A DNA stretch of 64,000 nucleotides from Folioceros fuciformis (taxonomy: Eukaryota): assembly GCA_049999805.1 (NCBI GenBank), contig JBNGIO010006237.1:163671-227670 (forward strand), given 5' to 3'. Positions 44,553-57,042 of the stretch are shown here, piece after piece. Numbering within the stretch: the first letter of the stretch is position 1; the number at the start of each line of letters is the position of its first letter. A program made the position numbers and the translations under genes. The notes beneath the pieces were generated by a model. The model did not search any database, had not been told where the DNA came from, and saw only the letters and a list, made by a program, of their open reading frames with translations.

Positions 44553-46390
44553 ATGGTATACGGGCAGGTGGTCATAGGGCCTCCGGGCTCTGGAAAGACA
44601 ACATACTGCAACGGGCTGTCACAGTTCTTGCGCCTCGCGGGGAGGTATGCGGAAGGCACGAAACCTGAACCCAAGGAGGTTCAACAGACTACGTCTGACG
44701 CAACCGTTGTGTGCAGGAAAGTGGCAGTTGTGAATCTGGATCCTGCGAATGATGAACTTCCGTATCCTCTCTGCCCCATGTCGCCTGTTTTCAAGTTTTG
44801 CTAGTCCAGAGTTTAGCTCGATGTTTCGTGTGGGGATTGAGGTGAACCTTTGACCTATGGCTAGATATGAGTGTGCTGTGAACATCGAGGAACTCATAAA
44901 GCTGGAAGATGTGATGCTGCAGCATGAGCTTGGGCCCAACGGAGGTTTGTTGTGTTGGTTTGTGTTGGCAGCCTGCAGCTGCGTGGAATGACATGCGTTT
45001 GTTGACCGCGCACTCCGGAAATTGCAGGGTTGATCTTTTGCATGAACTATTTGGAGAAGAATTTGGACTGGCTACAGGAGAAGTTAGAGCCACTTGCCAA
45101 AGGTGATTTATCTTCTCGGCACCTCGACCTTGCAGCTTTTCTGAAGGCGTCGATATCCTCTGCTTTTCTCGTCTTTGGTGTGGTTTGGGAAAGGATGTGG
45201 TTTGTGGAGGAGGTGTGCGACAGTGGAGGAAGGGCAAAGCAAGGTACAGTTTTCATGGCTGGCGTTTGTTTGCAGATCATTACTTCCTTTTTGACTTTCC
45301 GGGTCAGGTGGAGCTGTTCACGTTACATTCAAGTTCAAAAAATGTGATCTCTCACATGGCAAACAAATGGGATTATCGGGTATGGGCTTGTCGGATGTGT
45401 GGTGCAGTTGGGGCTTGCACAAGTCACAGAATTCCAGTTTGCTGAAGCTCACTGCGCTGTTACTGACGAGCATGATTGCAGTTGACTGCTGTGAACTTGA
45501 TAGATTCCCACCTCTGCAGCGATGCTGGGAAGTATGTTTCGGCTCTGCTGCTGTCCTTGACGACAATGCTCCATCTTGAACTACCGCATGTGAACGTTCT
45601 TTCCAAAGTCGACCTGATCGAGAGTTACGGCAAACTAGGTGAGAGTAATTCAGATTTGCAGGCCCATAGCGTTTTCAGTATGTTAGGTGGACAAGACAAG
45701 CATGGCGAAGCCTCTTCTTGACTCATACACTTGCTGTGCTGTGAGTGTGCAGACTTCAATCTGGACTTTTACACCGACGTCCAAGACTTATCCTACCTCC
45801 AGCACCACTTAGATCAAAACCCACGGTCTGCCAAGTACAGGTTAGAGAGTTTCCACTACTGCATGCAGATATGTGGAACATGCAACCACCGACTGAGTCT
45901 GTCGTTCCTGGACAGGAAACTGACGGCGGCACTATGCGAAATCATCCAGGACTACGGCCTCGTGAGCTTCACAACTCTGCACATCGAGGTATAACCAAGG
46001 CGTTCGCCTTTGGTTTGCTACCATCACCTGGTTTGCATCCCCCCTTAAAACCTGAAACATGAGCACACACACTGCCCCCGGCAGGACAAGGAGAGCGTTA
46101 TGGACCTGATGAAAATCATCGACAAGAGCAACGGGTATGTCTTCGCGGGCATTGAAGGCGACGTGCAGGAGTTCTGCAAAATCGCAGCCGCACCGCTGAG
46201 CTGGGACTACTACAGATATCCTTTTGGGGCGTTTAATGCCCGGCAATCCCTTGCTTTGTCTTTGTGCCAGACCAGAAGTGAGTGTGTTCCTTGACCCCCC
46301 ATGTGAACATCAGCAGCGGTGCAGGAAAAGTATATTAAGGACGAGCAGGTGGGGTGGGATGACGGTAGAGATGATGCCGACACGCCGTAA
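44553..46390 (+). CDS. QQT1: GPN-loop GTPase 2 (QUATRE-QUART1), 10 exons
   Basis: P-loop [47 protein letters not shown] and C-terminal [13 protein letters not shown]. Confidence 0.95.
44762..44864 (+). other. U12-type GT-AG intron in QQT1
   Basis: 5' site GTATCCTCT. Branch-like CCTTTGAC lies ~10-18 nt before the AG. Splicing restores LPYECA. Confidence 0.75.
46216..46308 (+). other. U12-type AT-AC intron in QQT1
   Basis: 5' site ATATCCTTTT, branch TTCCTTGAC (46287-46295), 3' AC at 46307-46308. Splicing restores [12 protein letters not shown]. Confidence 0.92.
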
Positions 46391-47230
46391 ACGTGCCGTA
46401 TACGCCCATTTATGTAAGGCCTTGTCCCCTGGGGGGGTGAGGCTTCCCAGAGTTTGCGGCTTGCAGGCGGACGAGCTGCAGCAAACGAGTGGAGTACATC
46501 CGCGCAGTACTGTGGGAGGGCTTGTCGGCCACGTCTTGGAGTGACGAGGAGCTCATGTAACTGGCAGGGGGTGGCTTGGGAAATGGCGCCTGGAGTCGTC
46601 CTGCGATTGGGTTGGCTCACCTAGCCTGACGCAGTGCCAGGGTTTCCAGTGAAGAGATGAAGATTCATATATGAGGGCAGGTTCGAGCGTGTACCTACAG
46701 CATTGATTCTCAAGATTTTGGGATGTTTTTTTAACTGTAAATTAGGAGTTTTGGGCTGAAAACTAGGGAGATGGAGAGGCGGTCCCGTGCAGTCCCAATC
46801 ATGAGATAGGGCTCCATTTGTACGTAGACTAGTGTGACACGTACATACGGTGGAGGTGGCTGAACACTGAAGGGGCGAGGGGGACCGACAGGTGGCGGGC
46901 CATGCGGGTGCAGTGTTTGGTACGCTGCCATGGCATGTGTCGGCTGACCGGCCAAGCCGGGACGAAACCGGGTGAAGGACAGGATAGAGACAAGAGGAAG
47001 GACGTACGCATGTACAGCAGGGGCCAGGCGCGACGTTTGGGATTCCAAGCTCCCGGCGCCGGGGTCCTGGACGCCCTGAGTTTGGAGGTTGTATGCGCGT
47101 CAGGCCCGGCGGCCCGACCCCGTGTTTTGGCTCCACACGTTCTTCACTCGTAACGGATCCAGCGCATAGCCCATGGGCCTAATATAATGTGGGAAGTGTC
47201 CGGACGAATATCGGCATGCTCTGTTCAGCG

Positions 47231-47238
47231 AGATTTTT
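47231..47238 (-). promoter_or_regulatory. CCA1-binding-site motif (AAAAATCT) upstream of GI
   Basis: AGATTTTT on the + strand. An EE-like core AAATATC is at 47368-47374. Confidence 0.4.
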
Positions 47239-47735
47239 CGACGGTCAGTGGGCCATGCCAGGCTGGCCCCGCCGCAAGTCGCTGGGCAACTTGTGGGGCC
47301 GCAAGACGACCGGTGGGACCTACCGGCGACCGGCCCGGCCGGTGACCCATGGCAGAAACGAAAAAACAAATATCCCGCGAATTCCTACTGGTCGGAGTTG
47401 AGGACACGCAAGGAAGACGATTGAAAATGTCAGGGAAGGAAGGGGGCGGGCCGTGCGAGCGCGAGCCCGAGACCCAAGGCCAGAGCCAGAGCCAGAGCGA
47501 AGGAGTGGTGATACCTGTTACGGCCACTCTTGCGTCCGGCAGCTGGGATGCGGAATTGAGCGACGCAGGACAGGGCGGAGGGCTTAAGCCGGACGCGTTC
47601 GCGGGACTATGAGTAGCAGGATGCGGGAGGGGCGTGGTCCAGCTCCAACGTGCACTGTGGGGCTTGCAGGTGTGGGCGGGCGCCGGGCGGGATGAAGAGC
47701 TGCGCAACGGCGACGCCTTCCTGATCGATCCGTCC

Positions 47736-50700
47736 ATGGATCGCCGAGAGGTCCGAGAGGTGTCGGGGCCCAGGCCAAAGTGGCTGCTGGGCCTGCAGTC
47801 CTCGTCGCTGTTCCGCCCGCCTCCCCGCAATGCGCACGACCGGCAGGTTAGGGATGTGGCGGGAGAATTGAGGCTGATTGGGTCCGCGGGGGCCGGAGGG
47901 TGCTTAGCTGCGGGCCGGGTGGGTTTGTGGGTGCAGGTGGAGATACTGGGGTACGTGGAGCTCTTGGTGCAATTCGCGTCCGAGAGCTTTGTGGATGAAG
48001 TGAACGAGGTATGCGGTGGTCGGGGTGAGTGAGGTTTGGGGCGTGGGGAGGAGGACGGGGGCTGCGACGGATTGTCACGCCGGTTTGTGTCGGTGCTTGT
48101 TGCAGCTGGTTCGATGCCACTATCCCAAGGAGGAGGCTTGCCTTGTGGATGACGTGCTGGGTAAGCGCGGGTGCGGTGGAGTGATGAAGGTGGGGCGGAT
48201 GTGGGGTTCCGGGGCTGATGCCGTTTTGTTGTCTTGCGGGTGATGTGGTGTAGCTGCTTTCGTGCTTCACCATCCAGAGCATGCGCATGCAGTGCTTCAT
48301 GCGCTGCTCTCCTGTGTGATTGACGGGACTTTACCGTACAGCAAAGGGGGGTCTCCCTTCCGTTGCTTCGTGGCTCTTTTCGGCTCAGGCAATGAGGTAT
48401 AGCTCCACCCTTCCTTCTCGACCCGAAGCGCGCCGTGACCTGATTGTTCGGGGTTTCTCATGGTTGTGGTGTCGGCGTTTCAGAAAGATTTTTCAGAGCA
48501 GTGGGCTGTTGCCTGTGGGGAGACGCTTCGGTTGTTGACTCATTACAACCGCCCGGTATACAAGTCTGATATCGCTCCTACCAGGAGCGGTGAAGGCACG
48601 AGTAGCGATCCCCCACCCGCTGTCGTGGGAGAAGGGACCAGCAGAGGGAACGATGAACGACTTTCCGGTCTCGAAGAGAAAAGGGTTCCGTCCAGGCTTT
48701 TAACCCCCTGGATCACGGATAGTCTACTTGCTGCTCCTCTTGGTGTTAGATGTGATTACTTTCGATGGTGAGATGGACTCCCACCGCGTGGGTTCCTTGA
48801 TTTCCCTCCAATAATCGGCTTTAGAGTGCGTCCCAGTCGGGCAAGCCCAACGTCCCACAGCTTATTGTGTATGCCTCTGAGGTCATTCTGATCCGGGGGT
48901 GTCTGTTGCCTGTGGGGATTGTGAAGGTGTGGAGGTGTTATGGGGAAGTATGCGGCTGGAGTAGACCTCAAGCCTCCAAGTACCGGTACGAGCTTTCAGA
49001 TTTTGAATTGCGTCTGTTTGCGGCGCTGGATTCGCTCTGGAAACTTGAGTCTAGCTGAACTAGCATGTGGCATACGGCGCTCAGGAAATCTGTGGTGCCG
49101 TGCACTTGGTTGCAGTAGGTCAGCTAGGACACGGGAAGCAGCCTCAGCTCCTGCCATCCACTCCGAGGTGGGCTGTTGCGAACGGCGCTGCTGTCATCCT
49201 GAGTGTTTGCGATGATGAAGTGGAACGGTATCGATCAGCCCATCTGACTGCTGCAGCTGTTCCTGCGCTCTTGTTACCACCTGAGCCACCAGCCCTAGAT
49301 AACCATTTGGTGGCAGGGTTGCCCCCACTTGAACCGTATGCGCAGCTATTTCACAGGTATTTCTCTGTGTTGCTAGGTCTAGCTTCAACCTCGTTCTCAC
49401 CTATGAGCAGGATGAATATGTTCCAAGTTATGTTATCGTAGCATTGCCTCCTTCATGTGTCTCGAATGTCAGGATTCCATGTGGCTTATCATTTGGAACT
49501 TTCAATTCTGGTTCAGGTACTATGCCATAGCAACTCCGGAAGCAGCACAAAGACTTTTACTAGGACTTCTAGAAGCACCCTCTTCATGGGCACCAGATGC
49601 TCTGGATGCAGCTGTCCAGCTGGTTGTACTCTTGAGGTCTGCCGAAGATCTCAGTTCCACTTTTCAGGTGCAACCTGGACTTCATGACGCTCTTCTTCCT
49701 GGTATCAGCTACATCATTTTGATTTGTCGTAGACTCCAGTATCTGCTTACAGTGTGCTTGTGCTGAAGAGATCGAGAATGACAGGAACTAGTGGTATCTG
49801 CTGAACGTGCAGCTACCTCAGACATGGCTGCACTTGCACTTCCTCCGCCCCATTGGCAGTGCGATTGCTAGGCAATCTGGAGTCGCTGCAGATGCAGCAG
49901 CCGCGTTGCTCCTCCGGATTTTCTCGCAGCCCGTGCTTCTCTTCCCACCACGTGGGCATGCGCAAGGGGTCAGAGTAATTCCGCACCACTTTGAGCTTCC
50001 TGGCTACTCTGCTTGTAGAGATGAGGTAATGAAGTTGAATGAGGTGTTTTAGCCCACTGTGCGGTGAAGAGGTTTGCAAGCCATCTTACTTCTCCTCGTG
50101 ATTGCAGTTCTTATTTCTCCTGGTGATTGCAGATTGAAATGGCAGCAGTCCGAGCCAATGAGGAAGCAACTTCATGTGCCTTAGTAGCGCTCATGACTGA
50201 GCATGGATCTGAGGTGGAACGGCGTGTCTGTTCACTTTGGGAGCTGTCATTGGGGTTGCAGCCTGTTGACATGTCAGTGGTCAAGGCTCCACAGCTGGAT
50301 ATGGCAACCCCTTTACAACCGGCTGTGTTGTCGTGGAATTTATTCCATCCACTTCTTAGAGTAATGGAGCATCTACAACAAGGCACTCGTTCACAAGCCT
50401 GTTTGAGACGGCTCTTCTTGGCAACAGTTGAGGCTGTAGTGCAGAGGGCATTTCCATTTGAGGAGAACAAAGAGCAAAAGAGTGGCAACCTTAGGGGATT
50501 TCAGGCAGGTGGTGGAGGGGCGGGTGCCAAGAGTGTAGGCATGGCTGAGTTACGAGCAATGGTGCATTGCCTCTTTACAGAGGTTTGCCCATCTCCTCAC
50601 GTGGCCGCTTACCTCCTTGCTGATGCCCTATTGCTGTGCCTGAGTCATGATGTTAGGTGGCGGAAGGAGATCCAATCTAATGAAGGACCCATCTCTCAAG

Positions 50701-52812
50701 CTGAAACGCTGGGAGGTAATCAGAAGAAGAGAGCATTTCGACCAGAAAGTGCAGATGACAGGGGGGTCATAGCAACATTTGACTCCTACCTTGTTGCTGC
50801 CATGTGTGCTTTGGCTTGTGAGGTGCAAATGATCTCATTCTCTAGAGCTGCATCTTCCCTTCCACCATCAGCAGTTCCAGGGGGTGAGCAGGTTGGCAGC
50901 GGGTCATACCCAGTTCTTTCGAGTGGGACACCTGTTGACGTTCAGCAAGCAAAGCGAGTTCTCGAACTTCTGGAGAGATTACTGACTGAAGTCCCTTCAT
51001 TTGCCGACCAGGGTGTGGGTAGCAGTTGCTCTGACATTGTTGGGGCTGGTATCGTTGCTGCACACATCTCTGGAGTCCTGGGCAAGTCGAAAGCTTGCGT
51101 GCAGGCTCTTGCTGCAGTGGGGAGATGTAAGTGGGATTCTGAGATCTGTAGAAAAGCATCACACGCTCTTGAGCTAGTGCAGGGTTGTGTGCAATCAATG
51201 GTTGAAGTTACGAGCTCAACACCTACATGTAAGGCGGAGCCTGTGGAAACGAGCATAGAGCCACCCAAGCCCAATGTGAATGCTTCTGTATCTGGGCAAG
51301 CCTTTGGTCAGGCACAGGCACTTTTGTACAGGATGCCACACCAAAATAGGATGCCCTCTGGGAGTGGAAGGAATACTCTGGGCAAGGGAGTAGGTGGCCT
51401 GTCATCCAGGCTCGGAGCTTTGAGAAGTCAGACAAGCATGCAGAAGAGGGCAAAGAATACTGATGACCACTGGAGCAGTGGTCCAGTACGTGTGCTCCTA
51501 ACCGAGCAGGTTGAGCTGGTTATCTCCTCAGTCCCTGTGATCTGGCGAAGGTTACTCCTCGCGCCAGACTCCACAAATATCAAGGATGGCGCCTCACCTA
51601 AACAGGGCTGGCGGCAGGTTTGTTCTTATGTCCTCCTTGAGTAGGCGTTACGCTGTGCTTTTTAGTACGGGAATGTTGTGACACCCACTGGTCCAGGTTG
51701 TTGAAGCGCTATGCAAGCTTGTGGAAACTTTGCCTGGAAAGGCTACATCAGCTATTCTTCTGCAGGTAGCTCCTGTCAGCAACTTCTGTAACTGGCTAAC
51801 ATTTGAAGAGCTTGTTTTGAAACAGGTGTACCTGCAGTTTTGCTATTTTCAACGCAAATTCCGTCCCCATGTCCTAACATGGCGCTCCTTTTTCCCTTTT
51901 TTGGCTATCTATAGGTCCAAAGAGATCTTAGTTCCTGGGCGGGCCAGAGTGACATGCGAGTTGAGAATATGCGAAAGGTGAACCGACGCATTGTCACGAT
52001 CCTGGTTGAGCTTTTGCGGTTGAAACAGTGTCCAAACGCAATAAGCGGCGCTGCTAAGTCCAGTGACCTCCTCCTCCGTGCAACTGATGGCTTGGATCTC
52101 GAGGAAGATATTTATGTGCTGCCCCAGCTGGAGGTACATCCTTGTTGAGACCTCGCTTATTGCCCTCACAAAATTTTTCACTTCGTCCTTGTTGACTGCA
52201 TTCCCAAAGGTGGTGTATGGGTACGTGTGATACGGGCCCAGAAACCTCTGGCCCCATCTCTGCATCCCAGAGTGTGAAACGGAAGTTTTGTTTTCTGGCT
52301 TCTCAACTTTGTTCAGCTGTTGCAGCTACTCGAGGCTGCCAGCAGCGCAGTGCAAAAGTCGCTGTCTTGGGACTCCAGTGGTGGATTGGATGCACAAAAG
52401 CTTGTCGCGTTCCTGAAGGTAGTGTACTAATTACGCATTCTATCTCATACAACGAACATGCACTAGTGATGCTTTCCACAACCTAGCAGGTTGCAGACTG
52501 ACTCGTGAACCTACTTATCTTCAGGACCGCATTCCTGGAGCTGTGCGATGCCTCTCGCACTGCTGTGTTGATGCACGAGTCTTGAGCCAGGCCTTTCTCC
52601 GAGACCTTCGAGTTGCTGATTCAGTCCGGTTGGGCTTTCCTGGGAGCGGTGAGTGTGGCAGCATGCGTGACACCATTGATAGCGGGAAGAGAGCTGTTGA
52701 AGAGGCATTGGCTATGGAGGCGCAACGTCGTCGGGCCGCCGGATCATCTCTGAGCCTTCTAGCAGCTGCAGCCACAGCGTTAGGACATACCATTCCCAAT
52801 TTGGAAGACTGA
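47736..52812 (+). CDS. GI: GIGANTEA, ~14 exons
   Basis: Motifs KWLLGLQSSSLFRPPP, FVLHHPEH, SEQWAVACGETLRLLTHYNRPVYK, LTPWITDSL, YFRWCGGVMGKYAAG, PSTPRWAVANGAAVILSVCDDEV, QGWRQVV, DLLLRATDG and C-terminal VRCLSH…ALG. Confidence 0.97.
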
Positions 52813-53044
52813 TGCATTTTTTTTTGCTTGTGCGAGGCGGTACACGAAGAACGTCACCTACTGACAGTATTGTGAGGTAGTAGTTGAAGTGCGAAGTGGA
52901 GAAATGTCTTAGAAAGAAAGGAAAATGAAATTACAATAATTTGTCGCTGTGTTACACGTTCTATTGTACATTCGGCCAAAATTCATACACGCACATTTTC
53001 TGTGCATTGTATAACATAAATTCCTCTCTCCCCTGCTCTCCCAT

Positions 53045-55025
53045 CTACGTCAATACATTTCTACCATTTTTGCTCTTCTTCACAAGGGCCAACACCTTGC
53101 GCGCTACCTGTGTATAACAACATACTTCATCTGTTTAGCCAACTAGCTGAGATGGCAAGAGTGCAAGAAGAGTCCACAACGCACGATAGAATGAAAGGCA
53201 CAATGCACAAACCTGAAGGGAAGAAAACACAAACCTCAATTGCGATCATTGTCGGTGTAAGGTCAGATGTCGCTTCATAGTTCCCCTCCCGCGCGAGGTC
53301 TGTTTACACCCATATATAACTAGCTTGTGACTATTGTTGGTTCACAAGCTCACTGTTTTGCTAGGATGTCCTGAAGAAATCAACAAAAGGAGACAAGGTA
53401 CCTTCCAGATTAACTATGACATCGGCATTCTGATAAGCACCCTCTCGTTGCTGGAATATTGCGGACAACCGGGAGAACGCCTTCACGAGAAAGACGATGT
53501 GGTATGCCAGTCAAGACAGATCAGGGGGTTGAGGACCCCGATCCGAAACATTTAGGCTATCATGAAACTGACCAGACCTGGGTGAAGGCGCACTCTGAGA
53601 CAGCAACTCTCTCGCCCAGCAGGGGCCTCGAATGAGTACCCACAGCCACTACTCTCTCGGCGAGAGCCTTCAATGGCACGTTGAGCCACACAGTGACTCC
53701 ATGGCGCAAGTAAGCCCTGCAACCTCACATGTTCGTGAAGGCAGAACTCATGGCTGTGGGAGTTTACCAGTCGCTAACGTGCAGCGGAGAGAATGTACAC
53801 AACCCACTCACCAATTGTTGGGCCGAATGACGGCACCCCCACCAGTTGCCACCACCAGACGAACCATGCAGCTCAATTGAGCGAGGACTTCCGTCTGTAG
53901 CCCAACCTTGATAAAGGTACGTTAGAACAGGAGAAGGACGAAACTAGCTGGTCCTTGCCACCAGCGCCAATATCGTTTTTCCAGTAGGAAAGACAAATTG
54001 ACTTGCCTCTGCATCACGGAAGTTTTCTTCACTTTCTCTGAATAGCTCAGAGACAGTTGCCCCCGCTGCAGATTCGATGAGGGCGTCGCTGTGTTATCAA
54101 AAAGCGTGACTGGCATTAGCAAAGATAACCAGAGGGGACACCTGCACCCGCTAGAGACCGTAACACTGTTGCACAACTCACGTGTCAAAGAACATGTATC
54201 CCATGGCTTCAGCCAGGATTTTCCCGACTGTGGTCTTACCGCTCCCCATCATACCTGCGCAGGCAGGAGCTTGTCAGATGCAAGTTAACATCGCAGAAGG
54301 CCTGTAAAGATGTTATGAGAGTGCACAGATGCGGTAAAGAAAGCAAAGGGTTCCGCATAGCTGTAGCAGGATAAATTAGAAACAACACGGACTTACAGGA
54401 CCAAGACACGCGCGATAGCGAGACAGGGACTCGGACAAACCTACGAAGAAGATCGAACTCCCCCGAAGCTCCTTGGACAGATTTTGTCCCAGACCCTGCA
54501 CGTGATCAAGGGGACGCCACCGTTCATCACGCCCTGACAGCATACCCAGGAGGGTGACACTATAAGGCAGCCAGGCTACTTTGCGCTCCTTAAGCAATTT
54601 TACCTTGAGGACCACTTCCTCCTCATCGCTTTTCACTTCCTGCTCGTCTTGCGGTAAGAAGGCGCTCTCTTGCTCGGAGGCTGCATTGAAGAAACAACCA
54701 AGAGAATCAGAATAACCCAAAAGAGAGCCGCGTGTCGGGATTCCAATCCTCAAGCCCGAACGACAAAGAGAGCACCTGCAGACTTGCCGAGATAACGCCC
54801 ATTTTGCAGGCACCGCGCCGCAAGCCCCACCCTTCTTACCCGCTCTGGGGTTGTGAATCCCGCCTCATACCGGCTGAGAGCCGCCCTCAAAACAGCCCGG
54901 CCTTGCGACACCTGTTGTCCCTGGAAGACATGGTGGTGGTGGTGCGCGGAAAAGGCGGGGGAGGGCAGCTGCTCCTCCCTCCAGATGGAAGACACAGAAC
55001 CGGGCAATCTCACCACCTCCATCAC
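53045..55025 (-). CDS. SK: Plastid shikimate kinase, ~10 exons
   Basis: Walker [52 protein letters not shown]…SRPLL and YQNADV. Transit-peptide-like N-terminus. Stop TAG at 53045-53047. Confidence 0.92.
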
Positions 55026-57042
55026 CGCACCTCAGGCTGTCCTCACACAGCAACGGATGCAGGCATCTCAGAGGGGTTCCCGGTTGAAATGGGCAGAGGG
55101 CAGTGGAGAAAGGGCGAGGAAAAGATTGCCACTATCACCAACTTCCGCTTCCGTGTGTCGGAAAGGATGTTCAGAGTGGCCCAGAAATGCTCCTAATGCT
55201 GTGACACAGGGTCTTCATGGCCGGCGCTCAACCACCTTCCGTAGAATCGAGACATTGTCTGCCCCGACTGATCCATCTAGTGGTTAAGGCAGGCCCGACT
55301 CCCAGCTCGACGACGACGGACCCCAATTATTTGCTACGTATGCGCACTGTCAAGCACTGGATGCTACTGTTTTTTCTGTCTTACATCCGGTACAGTAGGT
55401 ACCAGACATAGGGGGCCCGGTCCCCGATTTCCCGCAAACCAAACCCCACAACTAACGGCTCCAGACAACGCCGCGTGGCTACAGCAGTGCCTGTGCTGAG
55501 AACAGAGGAACCAAACGTCAGTCCTCATCTTCCATATTCAATTGTATACATAGTTTTACCACCGCCTCAACCCTCAAGTCCTCTTGATATGCATGCTCTC
55601 CTTGAAAACAGTGCTTCCTTAAGTCATCCCTCTCTACACCCTCACCAGACCGCGTGGTTGGAGACTCGGGGAGAAAAGTATTTAGCGTCCTAATCATCTT
55701 CCAACGTTCCAACTGAATGCATACTCTTATCAATTCCCCAGCCAATAATGGAGGTCCAGCATACGGCAATTGTAGAACCCCTGGGTACATACATCTGCAC
55801 TGCCCGTCTTCGATATTCATATACACCAGCCCTCATCATCACACACAGTTCCCCGCAATTTCCGAAACACTAGGGCTGTGGACTCTACTTCAGCCTGTGA
55901 CACAAAAACTAAGAACACAGAACAAAGCTCGTGCGATGTTAGCGACGTGCGTTGCACTAGTAACCCTAAGCAATCCCCGTCGGACCGCCCCAAAGTACTG
56001 GAGAACAAAGCAGTTGTTGTTGTAAAGAAATGTACATCACCTTCCTCCGGGAAACGCGTGAATGTGCCTGGTCATCGGAGCATGCGGCACACATGCAAAG
56101 CCGAGTTGTCGAGTGATTCATCTCCTGTAGCGTCTTGCTCTGAAGCCTGCACTGCCACAACAATGCCCGGCCGTTACGGAATGGATGGATATGCTCACTA
56201 AGGCTCTGAATGTCTGGGATTGCATTTGGCTTTTCGGCTGCGCACAGCACTCATGAGCCCGCCGTTGTATCATCTGGTCTAGCTGCTGTGCCGGTTGGAT
56301 CATTCATTTCATCACCGACCCGTTCGGATGTCATCACCTCAGCCCCAGCGATTTGCATGCCCTAAGATGAGGTTCAGCTTCCACTGTGGGGCAAATTGCT
56401 CCGTCCGTGCGACGTCATCTCTTGTTCCGAGAAACTTCCTAAGCGCACCACGCTTTGTCCCTGCCATCTTCTAGGAATGTCGTTTGCCAGCTCGTGTTCG
56501 CACTCTGCACTCGCAGCCATCTTTCGCACTGCCGAGGCAACGGGGAAGGCCGGCCATGTGTCCGAGGTGGCCGCAGACGGTATGCTAGCGTAAAACAGCC
56601 CTGTTCGGTGGCAGCTGATGAGCGAGCGTCTCGTGATGCCAGAGGCACCGACGTCAGGGTATGTTTTACGCTAAAAGATATCTGAGATGTCGAGGTGCAT
56701 TTTCTGTTGACGGAAATCCGTCCTTAGTGGACACTACTGGAACTAGAATTCCACACACATTCGCGATCTACCCGACTTTCTACATACTGTACAGACAATA
56801 CATACTGAACTATGTTGAAATTAGGGGGGCCTGTTACCCGGAGGACGCCACAAGCCCTAATTGTGCGTATGTTGTTGGCTGGTTTAACGGGCCGTTGCCT
56901 TTCCCTTGCTCGAAACACAGGACAGGGGCACTACTTTCGTGCCGCGTGAAGTTGGAGACACACAGGAGAGGCGGGAGGGGAACGGACGGGACGCATTGCA
57001 AGGCGACTTGTGAATTGTTTGAGATTGCAGCTGGGACCAGGC

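Noticed and set aside
45989..46084. Third U12 intron in QQT1 (GTATAACC… with CCTTAAA)
   Set aside because: The 5' site lacks the ATCC core and the branch-like motif is too far from the AG. Treated as U2.
55400..56950. Short ORFs between shikimate kinase and ZNF598
   Set aside because: No recognisable protein or coherent exon chain.
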